From assembly GCF_044704955.1 (NCBI RefSeq), contig NC_091980.1, forward strand, positions 129,146,001 through 129,210,000: a DNA stretch of 64,000 nucleotides. Direction: 5' to 3'. The stretch is from Pristiophorus japonicus (Eukaryota). The notes beneath the pieces were generated by a model, which had not been told where the DNA came from, ran no database searches, and saw only the letters and a program-made list of their open reading frames with translations. The number at the start of each line of letters is the position of its first letter. Position 1 is the stretch's first letter. Positions 37,696-52,340 of this stretch are shown piece after piece. The translations under genes were made by a program, and so were the position numbers.

Positions 37696-40600
37696 TCAGT
37701 CACTCTCCCCCAGAGTGTGCTTGTCAAACAGGTACTCTCCCAAGCCATTCTCAAGGGCTCCCAGTCTCTTCAGGTTGGTGATGTGATCGCCAAGCTTCTT
37801 GATCATCTTCACTTGTTTATCCAAGTAGTTGGTCTTCAGGAAGTCACACAACTGAAGGAGAAACAGAAAGGAGTTATGGCCAGTAGCAGATATCAAGGAA
37901 CATTGGAGCTTACTGCTTGAGAGTTTGAATTTTAGTCCTCTTGGACTGAGGATAGTTCAGTGGTGCAATTGAAATTGATGGAATTACTGCATCATTTCGA
38001 TGAAAACTTGCTATACAAAAAGGAGCTGGGATCAGACACTTACAATATCTACCCTAAAATAGACCCAACACAGAGATCTTTTTAAATTAAGTCCAAGGAC
38101 AGCAACTTACCCAAAAGCCCACATTGAAGCATTAGGAACTTACATGAGGGTCAGTGCTCCCAGTGGAGAGTTTGTGCAGATCCAACAGACTCTGGTTCAC
38201 ATTCTTCTCCATTTGCAGAGCTCTCTGCATGACCTCCAGACCATTGCTCCACTCATCCTGCTCTGGTTTCTGAAGAGAAAAGTCAGATTAAAACAAACAA
38301 GTATTTTTTGTCTTTAGATGCTCTGATAATGACTCCACGAGGCAATGTATTGTACATTAACTGTATTGACCCTAGTGCGTTTAATGGAACTCCAGTGGTG
38401 AGGATCACACCTGGTGGCCTGCCACACCTGTGCAGGTAACCTGCAAGTCTGACTGCAGTGCCCTGTAGTGGCATATATGCAATACTACAAGCAGTAAAAA
38501 CAAGTTTGGAAATAGGACCGTATTGAAGGAAATTAAGGATAAAAAAATGCAATCGGAAGTCTAGGTTACCATGAAACAATGTTTTAAAATATTGAATTAC
38601 TGCATTAAGTCAACTACTGGTGTCAAATTTATGAGGTGAATAGCATAGATGTATTTAAGGGGAAGCTAAATAAGTACATGAGGGAAAAAGGATTAGAACG
38701 ACATGTTGCTGGATAAAGCAAGGTGGGAGGACAACATCTGGAGCCTGATCACCAGCATGGACCAGTTTGTCCAAATTGCTGGTTCCTGTGGAATTGGAAC
38801 CAACTCCTTTACAATGTATTGTGAACAATCAGTTTAAGGGGAACCAAACAGAAGGGCCCTCGTTTATGGAGCCAAACCTTGATGTCTGCCAAGATGATTC
38901 GGCCTCCACGCCGATTCTGGAATTGCATCAGTTTCTCAGCATGCTCACGTTCCTCATGTGACTGCTCCTTGAAGAACTCAGCAAAGTGACGCAGGGCAAC
39001 ATCATCCCGGTCAAAGTAGAAGGACTGCGGAGTGATCAGAAGAGTAGTTGATTATTGCATGGCAGACCCATCATGGGCACTGTACATGAAGCCAAACTCA
39101 TGTTTCTTGTTTTAAGGGCTCAGTCTCACTGAACTTATGTATAGTTATGGAAACTAGCACCTACTCAAGTAACCTGGTAAAGATATTGGATAATCTCAGC
39201 TCCAGCCATAGGGAAACTTAACATGAGAAATATGAACAGGAGTAGACCACACAGCTGAGCCTGTTCCACCATTGAAGATTATGGCTGATCTGGTCATGGA
39301 CTCATCCCCACCCATTCCCACATAACCCTTTAGCGTTTAAGAAACTATTACAGTCTTAAATTTATTCAATGTCTCAGCTTTCCACAGCTGAGGCAGCAAA
39401 TTCCACAGATTGACAACCCTCAAGAAATTTATCAGTTCTAAATGGGCAGCCCCTTATTCTAAGATCATGCCTCTAGTTGTTGTCTCCCCCATCAGTGGAA
39501 ACATCTTCTGTATCCACCCAGCCATGCCCCCTCAATCTTATACATTTCAATAAAATCACCTCATTCTTCTGAATTCCAATGAGTAGATGCAGCCCCCCCA
39601 CCCCCCTCCACTCCTGCTGTACTGTGGCACTTAGCAATCTTGCTCCATTTAAATAAACATTTGCTCTTTGATTTTTTTTTTTTGCGCTAAAGTGCATGAC
39701 CTCACTTTCCAATAGTCACATTTTTGCCCACTCACTTAGCCTGCCTATGTCCTTTTGCAGAAGTGTGTTCTCCTCACACATTACAGATACAAAGTTGGGA
39801 GGAATAGCAAACTAGGCTACGTTACCGAATTGGAAGGAGGGACAGAGTGTAATATATAGATTGTAAACAGTTGGGGTCCCAGCACTGATCCCTGCAGCAC
39901 TCTACTGGATACTGGTTGCCAACCAGAGAATGAACCATTTATCCTGACTCTGTTCTTTAGCCAATCCTCTATCCATGCTAATATATTACCCCAAAGCCTA
40001 TGAACTTTCATCTTGTGCAGTAATCTTTTGTGGCAACTTGTCAAATGCCTTCTGGAAGTCCAAATACACCACAGCCACTGGTTCACCTTTAACCACCCTG
40101 TTTGTTACATCCTCAAAGAATTCCAGCAAATTTGTCAAACACTACTTCCCTTCATAAATACATGCACACACTGCCTGATCAAATTTTGCTTCTCCAAATG
40201 TCCTGCTATGTTAATAATGGAAACCAACATTTTCCCCGTCACAGATTAGACTAACTGGTCTATAGTTTCATCCTTTTTATAAAAAAATAGGGGCATTACA
40301 TTTGCAGCTTTCCAAACTGCTGGGAGCTCCCCAGAATCCAGGGAATTTTAGTAAATTACAACCAATGCATCCACAATCCCTGCCGCTACTTCTCAAGACC
40401 CGAGGATGCAAGGCATCAGGACCATTTATCTGCCTTTAGCCCAATTATCTTACTGAGTACGACCTCCTTCGGTGATTGTTACTGCATTAAGTCCCTCCCC
40501 CCTATAGCCCCTTGACTATCCATCATTGGAATGTTGTTACTCTCCTCTACTGTAAAGACAGATACAAGATATTTGTACAGATTTTCTGCCATCTCTATGT

Positions 40601-41933
40601 TGCCTATTACTAATTTCCCAGTCTCATCCTCTTGTGATTTAGAAAAATCTGCAGACTATGGAAATATGGAGTTGTATCACTCCACCCAACATTCAGCAAG
40701 GCACAATGGACTGAATGGCCTCCTGTAGTGCATCACTCCATGATCACCAATTCAGCTTTGGTTGAACAGGCTTAAAACTGGAACATGAATCTTGGCACCC
40801 AATATTCATTGCAGCTCTGGAAATTAGTGAAGGAATTGCCACAAGATTTATACCCTGGTCACCAGTAGCATGTTCCAATAATAGTTTATTAACCCAAATA
40901 CATTTTGTACAGGCTAGTTGAGGGGGTAGTATTAGAAGTCAAAGCAACTTCCAAAACTAGAGATCTAGTCACAGTGCAGAATTCATATGTATGAAAAAAA
41001 AAGTGAAGAACTAGCTGAATTTTACTGGCTACAATCATGCCAAGGAACTAAAACTACCACAAGCAGCATTAATTTGGCAATCAGTCTATACCAAATCAAA
41101 GCATTGTAGAGGAGAACCAGAGACCACAGAATAAAAGTTTAGAGAACCCCTCAAAATTTGAGGTGCTTGGTGAAGGTCACAGGGGTTAAGGGAGTCCACT
41201 GAGTACAGACAATTGATGATTAACTTTCTTTGCTGTATTGATGCTAAAAGCTAGGGGAAAGACAGAATGATACAAACTGGTATTTAAAATTAAGAGGTTA
41301 GAAACACTTGGAACAGGAGGGAAGCAGAAACATTTGTAACACTTTCTTCCCATCCTCCCCCTGTGGAGGTGAGGGATGGCTGGGAAAGAAAGTGTTTCAG
41401 ATTTCCATCTGGGAAAGAATACTTCCTGACATCCCTCCAAAAAAATACAGCGAGGCCATTTATGACATCACCCATTGAACCAGCAAGGTAAGGAAAGTCC
41501 ATGGAGTGATTTAGAATGAGGATACAAATTCTGAATTCCTTGCATTGTGTGCAGAATATATTCCAAATAAACTTCATCAAGCTCAAGATCCCAGGAAAAA
41601 GAAAGATAATCAGATAATACATTTGCTGCAAGGAACAGAGAGAATGTTAATAAATTCAAATTAAGATAAATTGTATCATATTATAGCTTTAAAAGTGAAT
41701 TCAATGCATAGATTCAGTGGGGTGGGGGTGGGGCAGAAAGAGAGAAATAGGTGGGCTGAGTACAGCACAGGATTTCATAAATTTACATTACAAAGTCTCC
41801 ATTGTGAAGTGGCAAAAAACACAAAACTCACCATAGAGATATAAACATAGGAGGAATAGAGCTCCATGTTGATCTGCTTGTTGACAGCATGCTCACAGTC
41901 CTGGTGGTAATTCTGACACACTTGGGAAGCCAT
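37696..41933 (-). CDS. fth1-like: Ferritin H/M-type subunit, copy 4 (176 aa, open frame; duplicate of copy 1)
   Basis: Exons 41933-41832 ([34 protein letters not shown]), 39024-38878, 38269-38144, 37851-37696 ([16 protein letters not shown]...). Lengths 102/147/126/156, GT-AG introns. Confidence 0.92.
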
Positions 41934-42010
41934 CTTAATATTTTATTTTTCCAAAGTAAAAACTTTGTAGAAGTACAAAGGTAACATTTCACCAAACTCA
42001 AACTCCTTTA

Positions 42011-42175
42011 TTTATACTGAGGGATAATCCAGGGTGTGGCACTCTTGATGATGAGTGACAGTCATCAATACCCAATCAGAAGTTGCATCTTCTCAGAGCA
42101 CCAATCAAGTAAAGGGAGGAGGGAGATGGACTCCCAGAGTCAGTCAGATCTTTGAAGAATGAACATCATTGGCTG
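42011..42175 (-). promoter_or_regulatory. Ferritin copy 4 proximal promoter
   Basis: TATAAA (minus) at 42011-42016, two CCAAT and one ATTGG at conserved positions. Confidence 0.6.
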
Positions 42176-43189
42176 ATTTCTCAATAAGGATCTCAATTGT
42201 CCGAACTTTCCTCAAACACAGTTCAAATATTCAGAGTCACAGGTTTAATTGGATTCTCTATTCTTTGGGCTAATTAATTAGAATGTTTAATTCAGCTATC
42301 GGAAACACTTAAACCATAAGTGCTCCCTTTATAAGGGGGAATCAACTGTCAGATCCACATTATGACAAAACTAACATAAAAACTAAAAACAATTTACATT
42401 ATTTCCCTGTATCCACGCTGCGCTCCCCTCCCGCTGGTGCCCTCCGATGACAAAAAGCCTCAAGCATACCGGGAGACACCGCGTGCTCCCAATCCAGGGA
42501 TACCCGGGCACGGAAAAAGCCATGGAAGAGAGGCAGGCAGACGGAGAGAACATCCCATCGACCGTGCTCTGCCTGGACCAGTTAATGGCCACCTTGAAAG
42601 GTTCATTGAATCCTCTGTTGTTTGCGAGTCAGTGTTTTTTTAATAGTTCTGGATTGTTCAGTAGGTTGATCATTTGCAGGTATCTGCGGTTTGAAGCAAC
42701 ATCCAAACAACTTATTGGATATTTGTCTAATAGACTGAGACGATAGACAGAGAAGTCGAGAAAGGGAAGTGAAGTGACCGAGATGGACCATGTGAAGGTG
42801 AGTGAAGGGTGGAAATTGGGAACATAGTGAATTAAATGTTCCAGTTTATTGTGAGAGCAGGAAAAGGCACCAATATTATCAATGTGCTGGGAAAAGAGGT
42901 GAGGGAGGGGCCATGGTGGGATTTTAATACAAGGATAAGAATCTTGAATTTGAGGCGCTGTCAGACTGGGAGCCAATGATGGTCCACAAGCACAGGGGCC
43001 ATGGGTGAGTGGGACTCGGTGTGTGTTAGGATACGGGCAGCAGAGTTTTGGATAAGCTTAAGTTTATGGAGCATGTAAGGCTAGCAGGAGAGCATTGAAA
43101 TAGTCAATTCTAGAGATAAAAAGGCACAGATGAGTGTTAACCATTAGCGCAGTTCTGAGCTCAGACCGAGAAATACCTACAGCTGAACC

Positions 43190-44680
43190 CATCATCATAG
43201 GCAGTCACTCGGCATCCAGGAAGACTTGCTTTCACACCTAAAGTGAGTTCTTTGGTGGCTGAACAGTCCAACATGAAAGCCACAGGCCCTGTCACAGATG
43301 GGACAGATATTCATCGGGGGAAGGGGGTGGGTGGCACTGATTTACCACATGCTCCTTCCGCTGCCTGACCTCTTCACGCTCGCAGCGTTGAGATTCGAAG
43401 AGCTCAACGCCCTCCCGGATGCACTTTTTCCAACTAGGATGGTCTTCGGCCAGGGTCTCCCAGGCATCAGTGGTGCTGTCGCAGGGAGGTTTTGAGGGTG
43501 TCCTTGTAACGTTTCCACTGCTCAACTTTGGCTCGTTTGCCATAAAGGTGTTCCGCATAGAGCAGTTGCTTAGGGAGTCTCATGTCTGGCATGTGGACTA
43601 AGTGGCCTGCCCAGCAAAGCTGATCACATGTGGTCAGTGCTTCAATGTTGGGGATGTTAGCCTGCACGAGGATACTGATGTCGGTGCGTCTGTCCTCCCA
43701 GGGAATTTGCAGGATCTTACGGAGGCATCTTTGGTGATATATCTCCAGCGACTGGTGTGCCTTCTGTAAGTCGTCCATGCCTCTGATCCATGCAGTAGGG
43801 TGGTATTACTGCAGCCCTGTAGAGCGTGAGCTTGGTGGTAGGTTTGAGGGCCTGGTCTTCGAACACTCGTTTCCGCAGGCAGCCGAAGGCTGCACTGGTG
43901 CACTGGAGGCGATATTGAATCTCCGCATCAATGTCTGCCTTTGTTGACAGGAGGCTCCCGAGGTATGGGAAGTGGTCCACGTTTTCGAGGGCCACGCCGT
44001 GAATCTTGATGTCTGGGGGTCGTGCTGTGCGACGAAGACAGGCTGATGTGGACATTTGTCTTAAGGATCTTAAGTGCAAGGCCCATGATTTCATATGCCT
44101 CGGTGAATACATCGACTATATCCTGGAGTTCAGCCTCAGAATGTGCGCAGACGCAGGCGTCGTCCGCATACTGCAGTTCAACGACAGAGGTTTGGGTGGT
44201 CTTGCACTGGTCTGGAGAGGGCATAGGTTAAACTGCTTCTCACTGATTCTGTAGTTTAGTTCCACTCCAGCAGGGAGCTTGTTGACAGTAAGGTGGAGTT
44301 GGCAGCGAGAAAGATTGAGAAAAGCGTTGGAGCGATGACGCAGCCCTGTTTGACCCCGCTTCGGACGTGGAACGGGTCTGTAACAAATCCGCTGATAAGG
44401 ATCATGGGTTGCATGACGCCGTGGAGCAGGCGAAGGATGTTGACAAAGCTTTGGGCGTATCCAAAATGGAGGTAGGACGCACCATAAGCCCTCACAGTCG
44501 ACAGTCTCAAAGGCCTTTATAAGATCGAAAAATGCCATGTATAAGGGCTGGCACTGCTCCCTGCATTTTTCCTGCAATTGGAGTGCTGCAGAGATCATGT
44601 CCGTTGTTACCCGTAGGGGACGAAATACGCACTGTGACTCCACGAGGAGCTCCTCGGCCACAGGGAGAACACGGTTGAGG
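43190..44680 (-). mobile_element. RTE-clade LINE (duplicate of 8879-10367)
   Basis: Same motifs (ELQYADDACVCAHSE). Confidence 0.85.
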
Positions 44681-47600
44681 TGAACTGAACCACATCCCTG
44701 TGCAGCATGTAAAGTTTATATAGAACCTTGGCTAGACAACACTTGGAGTATTGTGCACAGTTCTGATCTCCATAGAATTATATAGAAAGTTAGAATCAAT
44801 AATCTAAGAGAGACTTCAAAAGAAACTTCTTTACTCAGAGAGTGTTCAGAATGTTTAACTCGCTATCAAAAGGAATAGTTGAGACAAAAAGCATAGACGC
44901 GGTTAAGGGGAAGCTGGATGAACACTTGAGGGAGGAAGGATTGGAAGGATATGCTGATAGGGTTAAATGAAGTTGGGAGGAGGCTCAGTGTGTGAAGTCA
45001 AGTCCTCTCAGTACTTCGCTCTCCATGCTCATGATTGAAAGACTATTAAATCGATCTTGTCTCATTCGGTTCCTCACCTCATCATTGATGTGTTTTACGT
45101 TCAAGAAGAACCGCTCACCACTGCAATTTGCCAGGCCTATTTCTGTGCTGTAAATTCGATGTAATTCTTAAAACAAGGGCATCTGTAAAGTTTTTCACAT
45201 CGAGTGAGCTGAAGAATTTGTTTTATCTGAAACATGAAGCCGTCAAACCCATCAGCACGCAAAACCCAACATGACTTGTAGAATTGTGACTCATCAATGT
45301 ATGAATTGTGGTGACATCTATACTCCAAAAGTGCCATTGAGAGATGCAAAGAGTACAGTAAAATAGTGGTTATGTTACTGGACAAGTAATTCAGAGGCCT
45401 GGACTAATGATCCAAAGTCCCACCACGGCAGCTGGGGAATTGAAATTCAGTTAATTAAATTAAAATCTGGAATAAAAAGCAAGTATCAGTAATGTTGCCC
45501 AGGGAGCTATCGGATTGTTGTAAAAACCCATCTGCTTCACTAATGTCCTTCGGGAAGGAAATCTGGCCAATATGACTCCGAACCCAAAGCAATGTGGCTA
45601 AGTCTTAACTGCCCTCTGAAATGGCCTAGCAAGCCAATCAGTTATAACAAACCGCTACGAGAAACAATAATTCGAATAAAACAGGATGGACAACACGGCA
45701 TTGACCTCAGCACCGGCTTCTGACATGACAATGGTACGCCCAGCCCAGTCGACCCTGCAATGTCCTCCTCACTAACATCTGGTATCTTGTGCCTAAATGG
45801 GGAGAGCTGTCCTACAGGTTAGTCAAGCAACAGCCCGACATATTCATAAGCACAGAATCATACCTTTCAGCCAATGTCCCAGATTCCTCCTTCACCATCC
45901 CTGCGTATGTCCTGTCCCACCAGAAGGGCAGACACACCAGAAGTGGCGGCTCAGTGGTATATAGTCGGGAGGGAGTAGCAGTAGGAGTCCTGAACATTTA
46001 CTCTGGACCTTATCAAGTCTCAAGGGTTCAGGTCAAGCTTGGGCATGGAAACCTCCTGCTGATTACCACCGACCGCCCTCCCTCAGCTGATGAATTAGTA
46101 CTCCTTCATGTTGAAGGCCACTTGGAAGAAGCACTGATATTAGCAGCAGGCTTCAATATCCATCACCAAGAGGGGCTCGGTCGCACTGAGCAAGCGGGCT
46201 GAGTCCTGAAGGACATAGCATCCAGATTGGGCTTCCGACAGATGGTGAGAGAATCAACACAAGGGAAAAACCTACTGATCTTATCCTCAGCAATCTACCT
46301 GTCACAGATTCATCTGTCCATGACAGTATTGGTAGCAATGACCACCACACAGTCCTTGTGGAGACAAAGTCTTGTCTTCACACTGAGGACACCCTCCTTC
46401 GTGGTGAGTGGCTTGACCACAGTGTTAAATGGAATAGATTCAAAACAGATCTAGCAGCTCAAAACTGGTCATCCATGAGGCACTGTGGGTCATCAGCAAC
46501 TGCAGAATTGTATTGCACCACAATCTGTAAATTCCTGGCCACACCTCTTGCCAAGCTGTTCCAGTACAGAGACACTGGCATCTACCCGACAATGTGAAAA
46601 ATTGCCCTGGTACGTCCTGTCCAGAAAAAGCAGGACAAATCCATTCAGGCCAATTTCCGCCCCATCAGTCTACACTCAATCATCAGCAAAGTGAGGGAAG
46701 ATTTTGTCGCCAACAATCTGCTCACCGATGCCCAGTTTGGGTTGTGCCAGGACCACACGGCTCTTGATCTCATTGCAGCCTTGGTCCAAACATGTACAAA
46801 GGAGCTGAATTCCAGGTGAGGTGAGAGTGACTGCCTTTCACAGCAAGGCAGCATCTGATGGAGTGCGGCATCAAGTAGACCTTGTAAAAGTGAAGTCAAT
46901 GCGAATATCGAAAACTCTCGATGAGCTGGACTCATATCTAACAGGTCAATCATCTCAGCCCCAGGACATCTCTGCAGGAATACCTCAGGGCAATGTCCTT
47001 GGCCCAGCTATCTTAAGCTGCTTCATCAATGAACTTCCCTCCATCATAAACACCAGAAGTGGGAATGTTTGCTGATGATTACACAGTGTTCTGTTCCATT
47101 TGCAAAACATCAGAAAATGAAGCAGTCCATGCCCACATGCAGCAAGACCTGGATGACATTCAGTGTGGGGCTGATAATGGGCAAGTAGAAATGGCAACAC
47201 ACAAGTGCCAGGCAATGACTATCTGCAAAAAGCAAGAGTCTAACCACCTGCCCTTAACATTCACTGTCACTGAATTCCCCAGCATTAACCCCTGGGGGTC
47301 ATCGCTGATCAGGAACTGAACTCGCCCAGCCGCATAAATACTCTGGTGATAAGAGCAGGCCAGAGGCAGGGTATTTTGCGGTGAATGTCTCACCTCCTGA
47401 CACCGAAAGTCTTTCCAGCATTGACAAGGCACAAGTCAGGAGTGTGGTGGAATACTCTCCACTTGACTGGCTGAGTGCAGCTTCAGCAATCATGAAGAAG
47501 CTCGACACCATCCAGGACAAAGGAGGCCGCTTGATTGGCACCCCATCCACATTCACTGCTTCCACCACCGGTGCACCATGGCTGCAGTGTTTACCATCGA

Positions 47601-49593
47601 CAAGATGCACTGCAGCAACTCGCCAAGGCTTTTTCAGCAGCACAAGCCATCCCACGAGCTCTAGCAATTAGAAGGACAAGGGCAGCAGAAGTTTGGGAAT
47701 ACTATCGCCTGCAAGTTCACCTCCACGTTATACAACAACCTGACTTGGAAGTATATCACCATTCCTTTTTCATCACTGTGGCAAAATCCAGGAACTCCCT
47801 CCCGAAAAGCACTGTTGGAGTACCTTCTCCACAAGACTGCAGCGGTTCAAGAAGATGGCTGACCAGCAATTAGTGACAGACAATAAATGCTGTCCTTGAG
47901 CTCAAACATTGCGGGTCTCTATAGCTGTTACTCACACAGCTTAACAGAAAATCCACAGCAGCAGTGGTGCGTTTACTGAGCTACCTGCAGTAATAACTCT
48001 GAATGCAAAGAGCATCGATGCATTTAAGGGAAAGCTCGATAAACACAAGGGCGAAAGGAATAGAAGGATATGCTGATAGGTCTAGATGAAGTGGGGTGGG
48101 ACAAGTTTCACATGGAGCATAAACCACAGCATGGGCCAGTTAGCCCAAATGGTCTTTTTCCTGTGCTGTAAATTGTAAGTAATTCTTAAAACACAAGCAC
48201 CTGTAAAGTTTCACATCGAGTGAGCTGGAAAGTTGATACATGCAACCATCAACACGCAAACCCAGGCCGACTTATGGAACTGTGGCTCATCAATATTTGA
48301 AATTTTGTAACATCGATACCCGAAAGGCGCTTGAGTGTTGCTAAGACATTAACGTGTAATGTCTGTACTTGGCAATTTATTTGCACACACAGTTCTTAGC
48401 TAAATTCCAAAAAATAACTTAAACACTGGATTATTGGAGCTGCAGCAATACCATTTGGATCGATTCATCGCCACGAAGGAGATAAATGGACATGTAGTCC
48501 ATGATGACAGTAATGAAATTCACACTGGTACTTACAAAAAAAAAATTTGCTTATAAATTGTGGCCAGCAATGTGTTTAACATCTTGTGCCTTTTGCTTTG
48601 TGGAATTAAATACATTTGCTCATTCCCCATGTATTAAATGTTGTTGGAGTATTGTTAGTCTTGTAATACCTTATTCATGTGAATGGAGTTTGTGTTGACA
48701 AGTTATTCAACCATTACAGAAGCAGGCAGAAGAGAACCTGTCCCAGAACCACTCAGGTATCCACACTAAGTACTGAAGCTTTGACAGCTGTTGCTTTCCC
48801 TCCTCACCCAATTGTAATGCCCAGAGTTCAGTGTGCTGAGATATTATTTTTCTGCCTACAAAGCTTAACAGCAAGCCTATAGGAGCAGTGGTGAGACCCA
48901 TTACTGAACTACCTAGATAACTGCAAAGGATCTGATGCAGCAATTGAATACAAACTGCTGTTCGTTCACAAGGCAGATAGACTAAATAGGAAGCTAATCC
49001 AGGTCTTTTTCTTCACTGGACTGAAATGGTGCAATAATGAATTACTGGCAAATTGGCCCTGAGTTTAGCAGATGTTACATCTTGTTGGATTGAATTGTCA
49101 TTTGTACAAAGACAGATCGTTGGAACAAGTAATTGTATACAGCTTATCAGTCCCAAGCTCTCGAGATGCCTTCCTAAACATCTCTGTACCTCCGCAATAC
49201 ATACCTCTGACCAGACTTTTGGTCACTGGGCCAACATCCCATGGGGCTGTCAGTTGTCCAAACACACCGTTGAACATTTTAGATCTTATAACAGGTGCCT
49301 GAATGGCCTAGTCAATACACAAGGGGAAAACACATTTCATAGGATTGAATCCCATATAAATGTTGCACAGCTCAGTGTAATTCTTGTTTCATGGAAACCA
49401 AGCTCTGTTAAATGAAAAATAAATAACCACTCAAACTTACAAGGCAACAAAACACAGCCCAATGTTGAACAGTTTATTTACTGTTATGGGTTTCAGCTTT
49501 TTGTACAAAGTCACAAGCCTTCATTCCCTACAGGATAGGGGCCTGATTATATAAATACAAGTACTAAACACAATAAGCTTGATCCCAGTCAGT

Positions 49594-52158
49594 TTAGTCA
49601 CTATCCCCCAGAGTGTGCTTGTCAAAAAGGTACACCCCCATGCCATTCTCAGAAGCTCCCAGTCTCTTCAGGTTGGTGATGTGATCACCAAGCTTCTTGA
49701 TCATCTTCACTTGTTCATCCAAGTAGTGGGTCTCCAGGAAGTCACACAACTGAAAAAGAGGGAAATGAGTTATGGCCAGTAGCAGATATCAAGGATCAGA
49801 GCATCCCCCCCAAGTTAGGATTTTAATTCTCTAGGAGTGGAGAAGGATCAGGTAGGGCAATTGAAATTGATGTACATATGCTCTAATGATCCAGTAGCCA
49901 ATGTACAATGTGAGCTTAGATCCAGGAAACATTGGGACCCATTTATTTCTCCATGTCCTCAGTAGGCCAACTTCATGGTCCTCTTCCCCCACTCCCTGAA
50001 GAACCCAAGAGAGAACCCCCCCACCCCCAAAAAACAAAGCTATTGGGCATGGAGCACTTTTGAAACAGCTCAAGGATAGCAATGTTCCACCACCTCCAAG
50101 TTACCCAGAAACCCACATGAGGAACTTACATGAGGGTCAGTGCTCCCAGTGGAGATTTTGTGCAGATCCAGCAGACTCTGGTTCACATTCTTCTCCATCT
50201 GCAGAGCTCTCTGCATTGCATCCAGACCATTGCTCCACTCATCCTGCTCTGGTTTCTGAAGAGGAAAATCACAGGTAGTTCACTTATAATGGAACAAACA
50301 AAATACAAAAGACAGTACAAAGGAAAATAAGATTAAAAAAAGCAACCAGAAGTCCATTTTACCATAAACAATGTGTCACAGGAATAAAGAATTACTGAAT
50401 TCCACTACTACAACCATGGAATCAATTGCTTTAGGAGGTATTTGAATCAATCAGGTCTAAGGGTATCCAGACAGAAGGCCACTAGATAATTGAACCAAAC
50501 CTTGATGTCAGACAAGATGATCCGTCCTCCACGGCGATTCTGGAATTGCATCAATTTCTCAGCATGCTCACGTTCCTCATGTGACTGCTCCTTGAAGAAC
50601 TCAGCAAAGTGACACAGGGCAACATCATCCCGGTCAAAGTAGAAGGACTGCAGAGAGAAATTAAGACAGCCTATTTAGACCTTGATCTTCATATACAATG
50701 CAAGAGTTATTTTTCCCCCGATTGAAGAAATTCAAAAGATAGAAACCATTTGTAAACTAGCAAAATGCAATTTACTTCATCAATTGGAGTTGAGCCTCAC
50801 CTCCCCATAGCATGATGAAAGTTTTTCCTTTGCTGGTTGAACATATAAAACTAAAGTTCAGGATTACATTTCATGTCCAGTCAAACTAAATTCTACTCCT
50901 GGATAAGCAATACCTCCTCTACTTTCTGTCATTCACACAAGAGTGTGTCAGTAATCAGGTGGATGTGAAAGATCAAGGAGGAGAGATTGAGCAGACTGAG
51001 CCTCTATTCTAGAGGCTTGAAGGATGAGGTGATGTCACTCGGAATGTACAAAATTCTTACAGGACTTGAAGGATTGGATGCAGGGAGGATGGTTCCTCTT
51101 GCTGGAGAGTCTAGAACCAGGGGTCATTGAGGACTGAGACAAGGAGGAATTTCTTCACTATGATGACTGAGCCTCCACAACTCCTGGGGGAGAGAATTCC
51201 AGTCATTGAGTATATTGAAGAGCAATAGATTTTTGGATAGCAAAGGATATGGGGACAGTGCAGGAGGTAGAGTTGAGGAACAAGATTAGCAATGATCTTA
51301 GTGAATGATAGGAGTCAGCCATTGGTCCATCAAGCCTTCTCCATGTTCTAGATACTACTGCAGGGAGCTCTCTGCAGTGTCCTAGCTAATAGTTATCTCA
51401 AACAACACCACTAAAACAGATGATCTGATCATTATCTCATTGCAGTTTGAGAGCATCCTGTGCACTAATTGGCTGCTGCATTTCCCACATAACAGGTAAC
51501 TACACTTAACTCCTTCATTGGCTACAAAGCACTTTGGATATTCCAAGGTAGTGAAAGGCATTATATAAATGATTCTTCCATTCTAATCAAAGTTTGGACA
51601 TGGAGTGAGAAAAATCCTCCACTCCAGTAGTTTGCACAGCAATAGTGCAATAGAGATCTCAGCAGTGAGCAGGGCTCCAACAGCAGGATTCTCAGTACAT
51701 CACCTCTAATTAATGAGCACAAGTGAGAACCTACCCACATTTCACTCACTGCAGTCCCCCACTGAAATTGAACATTGTCTCAGGTCAACAGGCCCCTGAC
51801 CAGGTTTGTGCTCTTCTGTCACTCAGGCAGCAGCTGAGCTGGTTTCCAATATTAAACCTCAATAGAGGGCAGCTGCTATAGGGAGCAGTCCATAAACTCA
51901 ACAAGATCCCTTGTATTACATACCTGAAGTTCTCACTGCCCAAAGACTCTGCTCCCCCAGGGAAGGAAGTCCAGAGAAATACAACTTAAAGCCAATTCAT
52001 TGAACTGGAGAATTAACAACTTTTCAGAATGCAGCAACAAGGTATACACAACTCACCATGGAGAGATAAACATAGGAGGAACAGAGCTCCATGTTGATCT
52101 GCTTGTTGACAGCAGCCTCACAATCCTTGTGGTAGTTCTGACACACTTGGGAGGCCAT
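49594..52158 (-). CDS. fth1-like: Ferritin H/M-type subunit, copy 5 (176 aa, intact; duplicate of pseudogene copy 2)
   Basis: Exons 52158-52057 ([34 protein letters not shown]), 50647-50501, 50255-50130, 49749-49594. Lengths 102/147/126/156, no stops. Confidence 0.93.
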
Positions 52159-52226
52159 CTTCTCTGTCTATATTTCACTATCACCTGCACAGTTCTGAAA
52201 CTCACTCTGTCTTGCACAAGCTCCTG

Positions 52227-52340
52227 TATTTATACTATTGGAACAGCTGCATTCAAACAGGGTATGACATCACCAATGATGATTGACAATCCCTCAGAGC
52301 CAATCAGGAATCTTCCCTGAATTGAGGCACCAATTAACAA
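52227..52340 (-). promoter_or_regulatory. Ferritin copy 5 proximal promoter (homologous promoter of copy 2 at ~22917-23030)
   Basis: TATAAATA (minus) at 52227-52234 followed upstream by several CCAAT/ATTGG motifs. Confidence 0.6.
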
